Shown here: positions 1-14,630 of the stretch, piece after piece
How the letters are laid out: each line of letters begins with the position of its first letter
How positions within the stretch are numbered: position 1 is the stretch's first letter
Assembly (NCBI RefSeq): GCF_009914755.1
Contig: NC_060925.1
From: the human T2T-CHM13v2.0 reference genome, Homo sapiens
Reading direction: 5' to 3' (one strand)
Length of the DNA stretch: 64,000 nucleotides
The notes under the pieces: model-generated
Database searches by the model: none
What the model saw: the letters and a program-made list of their open reading frames with translations, nothing else
Told to the model about the DNA's origin: nothing
Translations under genes and position numbers: made by a program

Positions 1-240
1 ATCATGAGAGAGTTGTCACAAGATCTAATGGTTTTATAAGCTTCTGACATTTTCCCTGCTTGCACTTCTCTCTCCTGCCACCACGTGAAGAATGCGCCTT
101 GCTTCCCCTCTACCTTCCACCATGATTGTAAGTTTCCTGAGGCCTCCCCAGCCGTGTGGAACTGAGAGTCAATTAAACCTCTTTTCTTTATAAATTATCC
201 AGTCTTGAGCTAGTTATTTACAGCAATGTGAAAACTGACC
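1..240 (+). mobile_element. MaLR LTR (THE1/MSTA-type), 3' part
   Basis: Hallmark CCATGATTGTAAGTTTCCTGAGGCCTCCCCAGCC...GAGTCAATTAAACCTCTTTTCTTTATAAATTA; subfamily from recall. Confidence 0.85.
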
Positions 241-458
241 CTGATTTTTCCTACCTATTTGACAGACAGAGACAAGAATATTGTTTGAAAATCAGTAAAC
301 ATGTTTGCAGTTCCAACAAGACGTCAGGCCTTAGAAACCTCATTTAGGGAGAAAGTATTTTCATCTCACTGCTAAGGTCCTTGTAGCCTTTTACATGAGC
401 AAAACAAAAAGCTAGCAATATTTTCTGCTTCCAAAAGTAATATATTTGTTATTTTTTA

Positions 459-800
<342 letters not shown>

Positions 801-944
801 CTATATTCCATCTTCCTGAGAAAGTCATGATAAGTAATTTTGTTTATATTCTTCCACATTTGTTTCTATGCATATGCTAGCATTTCTATTTCTAATTGAC
901 ATATATACACACCAATATGTGTGTGTATATATATTAGAGACTGC

Positions 945-1290
945 TAGAGTAAAATTTGTGTCCTCTTCCTCCTGAGAACACATCCAGAATATATTTCCCA
1001 GCCTGCCTTGCTGTTTAGTTGTGGTCATGTGGCTAAGTCTAGCCCATGGAGCATGAATAGAAGTGATATACATTTCTTCTAGACCTGGCTATGAAAACTT
1101 CCTATACATGCTACTCTAAGCTCTTTTCTCTTTCTAGCTCATCGGGATGAAGACAGCCACATGTCAAAGATGACAGAGCTTCCTTCAGCTTGAGCTCTGC
1201 AGGATCACTTGGAGGAAAGTAGCCCCAAGAACCTGTTTACTGTCTCTAGATTGTTATATGAACAACAAATGTACTTCTACTGTGTACATT
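945..1290 (+). mobile_element. Old MLT1-type MaLR LTR fragment
   Basis: TTTCCCAGCCTGCCTTGCTGTTTAGTTGTGGTCATGTGGCTAAGT resembles the MLT1 5' region. Confidence 0.6.
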
Positions 1291-1354
1291 TGTGTACAAG
1301 CTAGCAATATTGCTCTGCAACTTGTTTCTTTCACTTAAAAATATATCTGGAATG

Positions 1355-1888
<534 letters not shown>

Positions 1889-2579
1889 TTAAAAAATAAT
1901 ATGAATTTATCATTGCTGTTAAAAATCAAAATAGTACCACCAGATTTTAAAGGAAAAGGAAAGCTCTGCAGTATGGCATAAATGTTCTAAAGACAGAACA
2001 GCGCTTCACTTGAAATACAAGCCGAAATAATTTTGCTAATAAAGGAGCAGAATACTCACAATTCAAAGTGCTGAGGCTAAAGAAGTCTCTGAGATCCTTA
2101 AACTAAATAAGCATTGGTAAATAAGGAAAGCATTGGTACAGACATGGGCTGATTGCATCCAGGTTTAATCTTGTAAACTATTTAGAATATATTCAACAAT
2201 TATAATAAATACTGAAAAATATTATTATATCAAGAGTACTATCAAAACAAAATTAACTTGAAAAATATCAGAAAGCTGTTCTAAGAAGCAGTTAAGTGCT
2301 AGGCATGAGACAGAGATGAGAAATCAACCAACTGGGTGTACCATCTCCAAAAAGATTGAGAATGCCTATTTTTAATGCCATATTTCATTCATGTTTAAGA
2401 AGAGCTATCATATTCTTACCTTCTTATCTGCTGTCAAACTTTCCACGTTCAATAAACTTTTTAAAATTATGAGCACATGTAGTATCATTTGAGAAATGGA
2501 ATGTTGGACCTAGATTCGTGAGTTAGAAACGACTTACCTCTCTCCTTGAAGGTTTTAGAAATATTATGCACTTAAGAAA

Positions 2580-2582
<3 letters not shown>

Positions 2583-2616
<34 letters not shown>
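2583..2616. repeat. Poly(T)34 tract
   Basis: Read directly; no adjacent Alu or L1 body. Confidence 0.97.
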
Positions 2617-2618
<2 letters not shown>

Positions 2619-4251
2619 AGAATGAGCTCCAAAAAACATTAAACATGAAAAAATAAGCAAGATGTGCTGAGGGAAAACTTGACATCTTAAAATTAATTTT
2701 CCTTATAAAATGCATTTACTGTTTTCTCTCTAAAGCAATGAGGAATTTTGTGGCCACTATACAACTCTGTTTTGCCTCTTTTGATGGTTTCTGAGGTCCC
2801 TGGACTCCCTAAATTATTCTTTCTGAAATATGTTCTCTTTGGCAGAGTGGAATTTTTTTCTCACGGAAAGAGTTGGTGGTTTAAAAATACCTTTTTTGGG
2901 CACAGAATAAAATATTCATCAAACCCCGCCTCCTGATTTCCCAGCATCTATTTATGAAAACCTGCCACTAAACATCTTATGGTGACCAAAAACGTTCCCA
3001 GGTGACAGCAAAAATAACTGATTTATATTATGATTTTATATTCCCAGTCCAGCTTTTAGACATTCCACAAATCTTTATGTTTGTATAGAAAATGACCTCT
3101 GGAGTTTTCTTCCTTCTCAATTACTATTTATGCCATAAGCACACAATTATTCGAGAACTGATGAGTCTTGGACTAGAATTCACTGCAGAGAGTAGTTTAG
3201 GATATAGCTTGCAAGATTTCATAGAGTAAATCCCAGAAGCTCTCCACCCAATGTCATTCCTGACAAATGAAGAAAATATAGGTTCTTTGGAAGAAAAAGA
3301 TGTGATTTGTAAAGCTAGCTGAGCCAACATCTTCAAAGTAAGAGAGACAGCCAGCAACTCACTATTCATAGACATATTTTATACCCTCGAATCGTGTGGT
3401 TTCTCTGCTGGTGAGTAATGAAAGCCATTTGGTTTTTCTGTCCAAGTAATAACAAGTCTTGTTCAAGGAAACTAGTTTTATTTAAAGCTTTGAGATTGTT
3501 TTTCTTGTTTTCTTGGCTTAAAAAGAGTCAGCATTGAAAGACTCTTACTTCTTTCTTTACTATAAAAAGGAGAAAACTGCTTATTCTTTCTGAGTCCTCT
3601 GTGGAATTTGTATTCACGTAGGAAGAAATTTGTATCCCTACACCAATGTCTAGCTAGTTTTTAAATTTTTATTTAGCAGACATTTATATATACTGTCTGC
3701 ACCAAGCATTTTACACTTATGAACTCCATTAATCCTTAGAATACTCAGATAAGATTTTCTTGATAATTTCTTCTTTTCCTTAAAATTCAAGGTAGCAGTA
3801 TTTTTTGCTGTGGATAGGACTGCGATTCATTTTAAGCTTTTTTGTCTTTTAGAATCATCCCAAGCAGATAGAAATGGAGAAAGGAAGAGTAAACCTCTAA
3901 AATATTATTTGGGGATCAATGTCAGTAGAGAAATAACAGACCAAAGCATCCAAAAAGGAAATATTTAACTTTGATAGAGCTTGTAGTTTGAGAAATTTAT
4001 ATAAAAACAGACTAACTCCCAACCATATAAGCTAACCAGCTGGTATTTATTTTATCAAAACTTCAGAAACTTTTGCCACAAATATACCATGAAAGGCAAT
4101 GCTACAGATTATATACTAGAGTTAATAGAGTGGTGTTAATACTGTTTTCACAATGCTCATTAAAGCATTTAGAGAAAATATCACCATGTCATACAACACT
4201 GCCCTACATGATAGAAGACCAAGATCTTAATTTGGTCTTTCAGTTCTTATA

Positions 4252-4340
4252 TGTGTCTTTTTAATACATATCTAAAAACGTGTCTTTTAAATACATGTGT
4301 CTTTTAAATACATATTTTTAAGATGTGTCATTTAACTACA
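4252..4340. repeat. About 4 imperfect copies of TGTGTCTTTTAAATACA, probably within a MIR remnant
   Basis: Read directly; flanks look MIR-like (AAATGGAGATAATAAC). Confidence 0.65.
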
Positions 4341-4467
4341 GAAATGGAGATAATAACACCTCCCTTAATGAAAATTTGGGGCAGGGCAGAAGAATCCCTG
4401 AAGTCTCTACAGTATGATCTAACATCTTATCACTCATCCCATGCATCAGTGTAACCTCATCTACCAC

Positions 4468-4640
4468 AGCATTCCCCAAAGTGTGATTCATGGAATGCTA
4501 GATTTACATGAAAATAAAGCATTCCAAGATACACATGTTTCAGAAATGCTTCATATTATGTGGTCCTCTTGGAGATGCACAATGCAGTTAGGCTATGAGA
4601 AGCCCTGCAATAAATGACCTTGCATGATTTATTTAACCTA
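4468..4640. mobile_element. hAT-Charlie-type MITE fragment
   Basis: CAGCATTCCCCAAAGTGTG resembles Charlie/MER TIR. Confidence 0.45.
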
Positions 4641-4929
4641 ACCTAGCCTTAGTGTTCTGAGAATGTGGCTGGACCACTGGTTTATCTAATGAACTCTGGA
4701 CAATCTGCTTCAAGATATGAGGACAAGACATTGCAGAGAATAGATTAGAGCCTGCATTCAGGAGCAGGCAGGGATGGTTTCTGTAGTGAAGTTGTTCTAG
4801 TTTGGTTCTTAGGTGCAGAGATTGGGTTTCTCGTCCTTCTCAGTTCATGACCGATTTTCACAATGGTCAAAGCAACACTCCTCTCTGCTTTTTTTTTTAA
4901 TTCAGCCCTGTTCTAAATGTACCTAAATT

Positions 4930-5429
4930 TGTCTTAATCAGATATGGTAAGACATACAGACACAGAAATGACCATTATAAGGAGGGAGGTCTTACTCTCA
5001 CAAATCCAGGGCCACATGGGGAGGCACAGGGCTAGTGGGGAGGCAGAGAGAGTAGGGGTGGGGGAATGTGGGCGAAAGGCTTTATTGTGGTTCTTGCAGG
5101 AAGGAAAGGCAAGACAAGGTAAGTGGGCTTAAGATTGGCCAGTTTGAGTAATTTCAATTGGCTCCGGGGCTTAGAGGCTATAGATGGCCCTGGGGTGATT
5201 AGGGCAGGTGGATAGTGGCCCAAGGAGTAAGTTCCCTATGAGCGCCCAAGAAAGGAGGTGGTTTGGACTATGGGCTTCGAATTACTTGGCTTACATATGA
5301 AAGGTGCACTCTCTGGCAAGTTATTTGCTATGTCTGGGAGTTAGCCAGCCCTGGCAGAGGCAATCTCTCTGGGGTCAGCAAGGCCTCAGATGTCAAAATC
5401 TACAAGAATCAAAAGATATGCTTAATACA
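4930..5429 (-). mobile_element. Solo LTR (possibly MER76-like)
   Basis: TGTCTTAA...TTAATACA termini about 500 bp apart; TTTATT poly(A) signal on minus strand. Confidence 0.55.
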
Positions 5430-5539
5430 ATCCCTAATTTCCACTCTCATGCTCCTCACCACAATACAAACCCATTCTAAGGTATTTGATATATATCCAA
5501 GGGAGATATATATACATATGAAAATGTAAATATATATCC

Positions 5540-5980
5540 TTGGAAATAGAAACATATTTGCAAAATATGAAGTGAGTTTTATGAATGTATGTGATTTCAA
5601 TTTGCATAAGTAGTATTATGCTATATATATCATTCTATTTCTTACTTTTTTCATTCAACACTTTTGAAGATCCAGCCACCTTGCAGTATAACAACTACCT
5701 AGTTTTGGCATGTAGCATCTAGGTGCAGTATAATTTTTTTAGGCTGTATTTGATCTATCCATCCCTTAATAGAAGACTCTTGGTTGCTTCCAACTCCTTA
5801 CCAGGAGCAATGCTTTAATGTTCCCTTACATGATAACTTATCTGGATTGTAACTACTGTGTCAAAGGGCAGATGCACACTTAATATGCACACATACTGCA
5901 ACTTTGCTCTCCAGAATGGCCAAGCCAATTTATACCCAAACCAGTCATCCCTAAGGGTCCTCATTTCCCCATGTGCCCTG
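5540..5980 (-). mobile_element. L1ME-type 3' fragment
   Basis: Degenerate antisense L1 3' sequence (TTGGTTGCTTCCAAC...TACTGCAACTTTGCTCTCCAGAATGG). Confidence 0.7.
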
Positions 5981-6539
5981 ACATGGCTGATCTCATGTTA
6001 TCATGAGATTCTAGCTTTAAATCGTTGTACCAGGCATAGGCAACACAAGATCGGCCATCCTGCATTGGGTTCCCCTCTTAGATTGTCTCAAGTTGCCCTC
6101 AGTGCCACGAGACTGAATTGTGAAAGCAGCAAACTTAACTTCTTGTGGCTTCACCACAGGCTCAAAAGGCTCAATGTGATCTCAAGTTTGGTCTGCTTTC
6201 TTGATGACATTAAACTCCAACTATGGCTTGGGATTTCAGAGAACAAAACTATGGTTTCACCCTTAGAAGCATGATAGAATTTATTAAGGAAGGAACTAAG
6301 AGGAATGGGAAGCCATATTTTAAAGATAATAAAGCATCTTCTTCGGTTAGGTTAAAAAAATTAGTGAAATTATTACAAACCCCCCAAATAGAAAGGTAAT
6401 TTAAGGCCTACGCATGGAATAGTCTGACTTTAGGAATCATATTCACTCAGGAAATCAAGAAAAACTGGAGTAGTTTGAAAAATATGACTCATTCTTACAC
6501 TTAGGATGTGAGCAGTTAAAGAATATAAAGAAAAGTGAA

Positions 6540-7100
6540 AATCAATTAATCTGTAGAAGGAGACAGATTTCCTTCCAAGGAAAATTGAGGTCTCAGATGA
6601 CAAGATGGGCTGATTTAGAAAGATGATGATGGAACGGAGGGAATATTTTGCACATTACTACATCACAAAGAATGAATTGGGCCTAGTGAAATATAACAGA
6701 AAAAGCAAGGCAAGATTGGAGAGAAATGGCTGGAAAGACTTCCCAGAAATTGCTGCAATCCAGGAAGTGCTTGAGAAGTCCCTTCTTAACCCTGTAGATA
6801 AAACGTCTGTAGTAAAGACAGTAGGGGGAACTACCCTTGCAGACTGGAACCACTGGACCAAGGAGCCAGACAAATCTGGATCGATATAAGAGTGGAAGAC
6901 TATGAATTCGTGTAAAGTACTGAGTTTCAGGATGATGCAGTCATTATGGGGTGAGATGCGATAGGGCCCGTGTCCTGAGAGAGAGCATATATCAATTTAT
7001 GGAATTGCTATTTATGGGACTCTATGGGAAGATGCTGCAAAGATGAGACCAACAACAGGAGCGTGACAGAGGTCAATAATAGATTGAGACCAGCCCTGCA
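6540..7100 (-). mobile_element. L2 remnant
   Basis: Purine-rich degenerate pattern typical of antisense L2. Confidence 0.45.
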
Positions 7101-7879
7101 TTGGATGCTGGTCTGATGGGAGACATCTTCCAGTTGGGATGATCTGACACAGGAAACTGGGGATGGTGATGATTGGTGTACAATGGGTGCTTTGGGGACA
7201 CTCAGACCTCGTTGATTTCCTCTAAGAGACAAAATCAAGAGGAATAAGTACTTTTAAATGTCTGTGACAGAAATCAAAGAAAAAGGAAAAAGGAAGAAAA
7301 CATTTAACTGCAGCAGTAAGTGTAAGCCCTACATGGTTAGAGAAGGAAATAGATGCTTAAGGTTAAACTGTTAGAAACTCACTGAGCCTTCCTGAGAGGA
7401 GTAGGTGAAGAGGAAAGCAAATGAGACACCAACAGCAGATTGCACCTCTATTTAAAAATGTGGAGCAGAAAGAAATGCTATAACACACAAACTCTGGGGA
7501 AAGATGGAGCTGAAGACGAGGCACTTTCGTGGCCAAGGCAGCCGAGGCCCTTTGTGGCCCAGAGCACTGAGATGTCCAGGTGTGGACTCACTGGGCCAGA
7601 CTTACGTGGTCATGGGCCCTCAGTGGGCCCTGGGACACTGACTTAAGAAAATCAACCATAGCTTCAGTTGATCAATCGGTTAAAGGCTGAAACAAATGTG
7701 GATATGAAGAGAAAATCTTCCCTAGCAATGTGCTCTGGCACTCAAATGTTTACCAACTCCAACACCCACGAGAGGGCCCGAGAGCGCCCAAGAGCACTCC
7801 TCAACACCCACAGCCTCATCGTCACGGTGCCCAGCAGGACACAGCCCACCAAGCCCCAACCCCGCTTCAGCCACCACAC

Positions 7880-8460
7880 AAGGTCAAAACCCCAGGTCAC
7901 CCTAAGCACCCAGCTCTCATCCCCGCGTGGTGCATGAAACACTCTTTCATTCCCTTCCCTCACTCGCCATCTCAGTCTCCCTTCAGCAAACGACCCTAGC
8001 TCCTTACCCTCTTCCCTGAACAGCCTCCTCACCTTCCCACTGTGGTGGGTACCTGGCTTTCCCTTAAGGACCTGGCCTCCCCAGCAGTCCTCCCACTGGG
8101 CATAGGGGAGGGACAGGAGTCTCACTCCTCGCCAAAATTTCCAGATCATTGTTCCCCAACCCCTCCCTAAAACTCCCAGTTCCTGTGACTCTCCTGCGGG
8201 ATAAATCATCCAGTGACTCCTCCCACTCGGACCTCCCAGTGGCTCCGTTCTTTGAAGAGCTCAGCACTGGGCTTGTTGCCTTTCTCTCCACCCACTCCTC
8301 CCATCATTATTCTTAGAGATTCCCTTCTAAACCCCAGCCTCTCAGCTCCTTGGCCTCCTCTCCTGCACTGACCATCTCCTCTGCAAACTTCAGCCGCCCA
8401 TGCCCATGGCTGAAGTCCTTGTCGTCACCGATGATTGCACCCCTCCGTGCTCATGATTGC
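7880..8460 (+). mobile_element. L2 ORF2 (endonuclease region) remnant
   Basis: Pyrimidine-rich L2 pattern (CATCATTATTCTTAGAGATT...CAGCTCCTTGGCCTCCTCTCC). Confidence 0.7.
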
Positions 8461-8474
8461 AAGCATTCTCATCC

Positions 8475-8670
8475 TTTGCCTTAGGATTTTCCATGAACAT
8501 AAACATGTCATCTGTGAATAAAAATAATTTATTTCTTCCTTTCCAATCTGTATGTCTCCTAGTTATTTTTCTTTCTTTATTGCCCTGATTTGGAACTCCA
8601 GTACAATGTTGAACACTTTATGTCGAACAGTACACTTTATGCTTCCTGTGTTCCCAGATCATCCACTCTA
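8475..8670 (-). mobile_element. L1M ORF2 fragment, antisense
   Basis: Reverse complement of the RT FADD-region segment. Confidence 0.85.
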
Positions 8671-8704
8671 ATAATGCAGGCAGAGGGAGAGAGAGGGAGA
8701 AGGA

Positions 8705-10260
8705 GGATGACCATTATCAGGAATGAAAGAGGTGACATCACTATAGATCTGAAAGGCCTTAAAAGAGAATAAGGAAATATTATGAACAACTTTTGCCAAT
8801 AAATTTGATTACTTAGATAAAATGGAAAAAATTCTTGAGAGATAAGAATTATCAAAATGGCACAAGGAAAATTAGAAAATGTGAAAATATCTATATCAAC
8901 TAAATGTAATTCATAATTTAAAATCTTCCTGCAATAAAGGTCCAGATGGTGAATTATTTCAAATATTTGAGGAAGAAATAATGCCTCTACACACAAGAAA
9001 AGGGGATAGCAGCAGTTCTTATTTTTTGAAGCCAATATTACCTTGATATATCAGAAACAGAAAAGACAATAAATAAAACTATACTCCAATATCCATCATG
9101 AACATAAAGGTAAAAATTCTTAATAAAATCCAATCTAATCCAACAGTAAAAAAGGATAATACACCATGACCAAATGGAGCTTATCCCAGGAATCCAAAAT
9201 TGGTTTAACATTCAAAAATCAAATTACGTAATTTACCACATTGACAAAGTTAGAGAAAACCCATATGATCATCTTAATAGATGCAGAAAAAGCATTTGGC
9301 AAAATTCAATACCCACACATAAAATTTTTAAAAAAGTTCTCAGCAAACTAGGAATAGAAGAAAATTTCTACCTGATAAAGGACACCTATGAAAAACTTAC
9401 GCTAACATCATACTCAGTAGTGAAGGACTAAATGCTTTCTCAAATACCTGAAATAAGACAAAGAAATCCACTCTTGTCCAACATTGTACTGGAATTCCAA
9501 ATCAGAACAATAAAGAAAGAAAAATAATTAACAGGCTTATAGATTGGAAAAAAGGAAATAAATTATTTTTATTCACAGATGACATGTTCATGTACATGGA
9601 AAATCCTAAGAAATCTACCAAAACGTTTCCCAGAGCTAATAAGTGAGTTTAGCAATGTCCCAGCATATGAGATAAATATTCAAAAATTAACTGTACAGTA
9701 TTCCTATAAATAGCAATGAACAACTAGAAATTGGAATTTTAAATTTACCATTTGCAGTAGCATCAAAAGTATAAAATATTAAGAGATAAATTTCACAAAA
9801 TATGTGTAAGACCTGTATACTGAAAACTACAAAACACAACTGGGAGAAATTTTAAAAGATCTAAATAAATGGAGAGAAATACCATGTCCATGGATGAGAA
9901 GACTCAATATTAAGATGTCACATCTCCACAAATTGAGCTATAGATTCAATGCAATCAGAATTTTTTAAAGCAGGATTTTTTTATAAAAAAGGACAAGTTG
10001 ATTCTAAAATTTATATGGAAATGCAAAGATCTGTAATAGCCAAAGAAATTCTGAAAAAAAGGAACAAAGTTGGAGGACATGCACTATTTGATTTCAAGAC
10101 TCACAGTAATCAAGACAATGTGCTATTGGCACAGGATAGAATGATAAAACATGATAGAATCTAGAAATAGAATTTCAACGAAGTTAGTAAGGTCATTTAA
10201 TGGGGAAAGGACAGTGTTTTCAACAAAGGGTGCTAGAACTAACGGATATCCATATGAGAT
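8705..10260 (+). mobile_element. L1M ORF2 (RT) fragment, degenerate
   Basis: Translations such as ELIPGIQNWFNIQKS and ...ILKKRNKVGGHALFDFKT match L1 ORF2; many stops. Confidence 0.93.
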
Positions 10261-10793
10261 TTATATAATCTTGTACTCTCAGCACTTAGAGCAGAACAAG
10301 GCACAGTGCAGGCTGCTTGCTGAGTAAATGAATAAAAGAACAAATAGCTATATGAAGACTAGTTTAGGCTGTGTGTGTGCAATGCAGCCCTCTCTCCAGG
10401 CAGAGGGGCAATGGGCACCCAGTACCATGCAGTGCAGGAAAGTCATGTGGCATATGCTACGCAACTAACATGCAGAAGAGTACATTGGTGAGTGGTATTT
10501 CTTTATATACCTGGCAGCAGAGAGGGCCCCTCTACACTTAAAGCTACTTCTACCTTAGGGGAACTTCCATGAGGCCTAGGAACAGGGGACCACCGGGAGC
10601 ATCAGTAGTGATATGCGCTACAGAAAAAATATTCACTGGCTGCAAATTCCTCTAAGAACTTCAAAATATACCCACTTTTCTCTTGGCTCACAATTATACA
10701 AGTACCCCCAGATACCTTGGGGCCTAAATTAGCTGATCTCTCTACCTCACACAGTTGAGTGAACTTGAACATTTAAAGTGACTTACTCTAAGG

Positions 10794-11299
10794 CAGGGGT
10801 CCCCAACCCTCGAGCCACCATGGCCTGTTAGGAACTGGGCCACACAGCAGGAGGTGAGCTGTGGGCAAGCAAGCAAAGCTTCATCTGTATTTACAGCTGC
10901 TCCCCATCACTCACATTACTGCCTGAGCTCTGCCTCCTGTCACATCAGTGGTGGCATTAGATTCTCATAGGAGAATGAACAGTATTGTAACTACACATGT
11001 GCAGGATCTAAGTTGCATGCTCCTTATGAAAATCTAATGCCTGATGATCTGTCACTGTAACCCCCAGACGGGACTGTCTAGTTGCAGGAAAACAAATTCA
11101 GGGCTCTCACTTATTCTATATTATTGTGAGTTGTTTAATTCTTTCATTATGTATTATAATGTAATAATAATAGAAATAAAGTTCACAATAAATGTAATGT
11201 GCTTGAATCATCCCAAAAGTATCCTCCCTACCCCGGTCCATGGAAAAATTGTCTTCCAAGAAACCAGTCCCTGGTGCCAAAAAGGTTGGGGGACCGATG
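10794..11299 (+). mobile_element. MER1A (hAT-Charlie) DNA transposon with 8-bp TSD
   Basis: TIRs CAGGGGTCCCCAACC...GGTTGGGGGACCGATG; TSD CTCTAAGG (10786-10793) and CTCTAAGA (11300-11307). Confidence 0.92.
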
Positions 11300-12879
11300 C
11301 TCTAAGATACTATGACTCTGACTCCCAAAGTCACACTCAATATCATTTGGAAAATTCCTGCAAAAGTTGTTTGGTAACCAATGTGGAAATGAGAGGAGAA
11401 ATCGTCATTTCAGCTGAAGAGAACAGGAGTTGGAGACACTCTAATCATCCCAGATAATTTCTATTGTATGTTTATAAATTTGTCTTTTCTATAATTAGAT
11501 TTGTTCAGTAACAGCAATGAAGTCCCCGGTTCTTCAATTAGTTAGTACTTTTAACCCCCATGGATATTAAGATATCAAAAAGCTAAATTTGAAATGCAGA
11601 TCTGAGCTGTAATGTATTCATCCCAGCATGCTGTGCAATTTTGCATTTATGTCTTTGTTGTGTGGATGATGTTGTGTGGGTAACAATGAAGATGAAATCT
11701 TAGTGCCAACTACCTTGTATATATAACAATCTTTCCCTCTCTCTTTAAATTAATCATGGAAGTGCTAAAGCCAACTTTTTCTGCATTTCTCAAAAGAGAC
11801 TGATGATCCTCAACACAGGCACACAGAAGATACAAACACACACATAAATACATCCACATTTAGAGACAATTTGCAAAAACAAACTGAGGGTCATTTTTTT
11901 TTTTTTTTTTTTTGCTTTGGCAAAAGGAATGCTTTCTGGAGAATTCCTTAAAATAACATTAAAAATTGCACTGATTTTGTATTAAAGTAACAAAAGTTCA
12001 ATTTATATGTAATGTCTTAAGGATACATCGACTTGTAAAGACAGATACGCTAGTAAAGATTTGACAATTACTCCTATATATGGCATCATAATTTTTGCCA
12101 TAATAACAGTATAATTTCTAGGAAGAGTCCGTTCAGAGGGCCACCTGAGCCCAGTCTCCTTTCCAATTCTGCAATGAGCCCGTACGTTTGCTGATTACCC
12201 CGCAGGTCTTGGATCCAATTTAACATTTGGTTGGTGGCAGTTGTAGAGGAAAACGTGGGACAGCAGATTGGAAATTTGCAAACCTCCTGGAAAAGCTATT
12301 TGCTAAGCTTGTGTCAAATATGCCTGAGTAGGCTGTGGCAGCTGCAAAATCTAGGCGCCCAGGGTGCAGATGGTGTTCCTGTCACGTGGCCAAGGGTTGG
12401 CTGGATCCTTCACATCACAGATCCCCTCAGCCAGTGGGGCTGGGTCCTTCCTGTAGGGCACCTGCATCCCACTCCAACCACTGCCACTGACACTGCCACC
12501 CAAGGCTGTGGTGTTGACACAGGCATGGTGGCAGAGAAGGGTACAAAAGGTCAGGCTTCTTGTGCCCCAGCATTTACTGCAACAAGCTATGACATGGGCT
12601 GGGAAGGAGCATGCTCTCCCAGCAGCATCTAGAATACTTAGAAAACTCTTAGTTACTACCCAAAATAGACATTTCCCTCCAGCAGTGCAAATCCTTCCCC
12701 ATCCCACTCAAAAGGTATCAACTGTCTAATCTGGCACCTCTGACTCCTGCAAATCTGGATTTTCTGCCTTCCTAATCCTGCACAGAACTTCAGCTTCTAG
12801 CTAGCCTTTCTGGCTTCTCCACGCAGCTCATAATATTCTTCTACATTGTGGCTTGTCAGTACTCACAGACTCTTTGATT

Positions 12880-13200
12880 TATTCAATCAGCCATTGATTC
12901 ACATATTCATTCCATAAATATTTACTGAGCATCTACTATATGCCAGGTGCTGGGGAGGCAATTGTGAGAAAGCCCTACAATGGTAAATAAGATAAACAAG
13001 GTCCTGCATTTAAAACTTTCCATCTAATGAGGAAGATCAGTAAACAGGCACATAAAGGGAAAGATAAAGAAACGAAGATGTTACAGGGATGCACAGTAAA
13101 ATTCTTTAGCAGACTTGTAAGTCAGAGAGGCTTCATGGAAGAGCTAATGTCTAAACTGAAGCCTAAGAGGTGAGTGGGCCTTAGGCAGGTCCAGAGTAGC
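12880..13200 (-). mobile_element. L2 3' end
   Basis: ATTCATTCCATAAATATTTACTGAGCATCTACTATATGCCAGG. Confidence 0.8.
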
Positions 13201-13789
13201 ATGGTGAGGATGGGTTTGAGGAGGGAGTGACCCTCAGGGAGGCCAGGGGCTCCAGAGACCGTATCCTAGCAAACTAGAATAAGCACCAGAGAGGAGGTGG
13301 GGCTCTACTCGTGTGGGTCTCTTTTCATATTGTTTTGTGTGTGCTTTTGAATTTACGTCTGCATTCTATCTCATATATTGTTTTATCCTCCCTATAAGAG
13401 CCAATTCTTAACACAGAGCTTAGTAAGCACAGGTGATGCTCCATGACATGTTGGTGAATAGATTATAGCTATTTGCTAATTTGTTGAGGCAGAACGATCT
13501 TCCTATAGCTCACCATGTGCAGTCTGTCAGGCTGCCTGGAAGCAAAGGACTCAGCCTGGGCCCCTGGTTGCAGAAGGGACTGCCTTGTGCTTAGAGAATG
13601 ATGTCCAAATGGTGGCCTCATCCTTTGTTCTGGAATAACTCTGTCTTGAATAAAGGATATTCCCATCTCCCCTGACTTTTTGGGAAGTAACAATAATTCA
13701 CACTCCAGTGCAATAGAGAAGAAATGGGAAGGAGTTGATTGGTGGGCATTTGATAATTCATTAATGGACATTTCTCAGATCTCAGCTTT

Positions 13790-14085
13790 CTGGGTCTCTG
13801 GGCAGGATTCAACACCGAAAATACTCCTTCCTCCTCAAAGCACCCTTCCCTCTTGGCTTCTGAAATACAACACCCTTCTGCACCTCCTCTTGCTGCTCCT
13901 TCTCAGTCATCTTTGAAGGTTCATCTTCTTCCACTCAGCCTTTAAATGCTAGGAGGTCTCAAGGCTCATTCCCAGATCACCTTATTGTCTCACTCAATGT
14001 TTTCTTCCTTGGAATTTTCTTAAACCCCGTTTTTCCAGTGATCAGCTCATGGGTGATTACTACCAAATGTGTAGCTCCAGCTGAA
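13790..14085 (+). mobile_element. L2 fragment
   Basis: CTCCTTCTCAGTCATCTTTG...CTTTAAATGCTAGGAG pattern. Confidence 0.7.
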
Positions 14086-14099
14086 GAAGGCTCAGGCAG

Positions 14100-14630
14100 T
14101 TGTCATGTTTTGGCTGCTTAGCATCCAAACCTCTTTCCTTCTCACGGAGAATTCCTCTTCTTGCAAGTCTTCATAGGGAGCAGGGTTTCATTCCACGATA
14201 GGAGCTGGAGGTGTTGTATAATAATAGCTTCCCCAGCATACAGCACAGCTAGGACATAAGTAAGAAACCCAGGCTCAGCCAATCAAAGGTTCACTTAGAG
14301 ACTCAGTCTAAATCTGTCCAGGAGACAAAGTGAGGATGACAGCTGGGACAACAGCCTCCACAGACCAGCGCTGGGGTGTCTGTGATGTAAGATGCCACAT
14401 CCTGTGTTCAACAGCAGCTGCAGAGGAAAATAGCAGTACATTCCTGTCACCTGACTGCTTCCAAGGTGGGATATTGGCCCAGGTTCTGGACATATAGCCT
14501 CCTTTTGGTTCTTCCTGCCCATTTTATAAGCGTGGCTCTTTAGGACCCCTGGTGATTCAGTGGGCTACCCAGTATCTGTTCAGTAAATCCCTATTCTGCT
14601 TAAATAAGCCAAAATCCGCATCCATTCTGG
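14100..14630 (+). mobile_element. Old ERVL-class LTR (LTR33/LTR16-like)
   Basis: 3' end CAGTAAATCCCTATTCTGCTTAAATAAGCC. Confidence 0.55.

Noticed and set aside
5488-5545. Imperfect TCCAAGG...CCTTGGA hairpin
   Set aside because: Mostly driven by self-complementary TA runs
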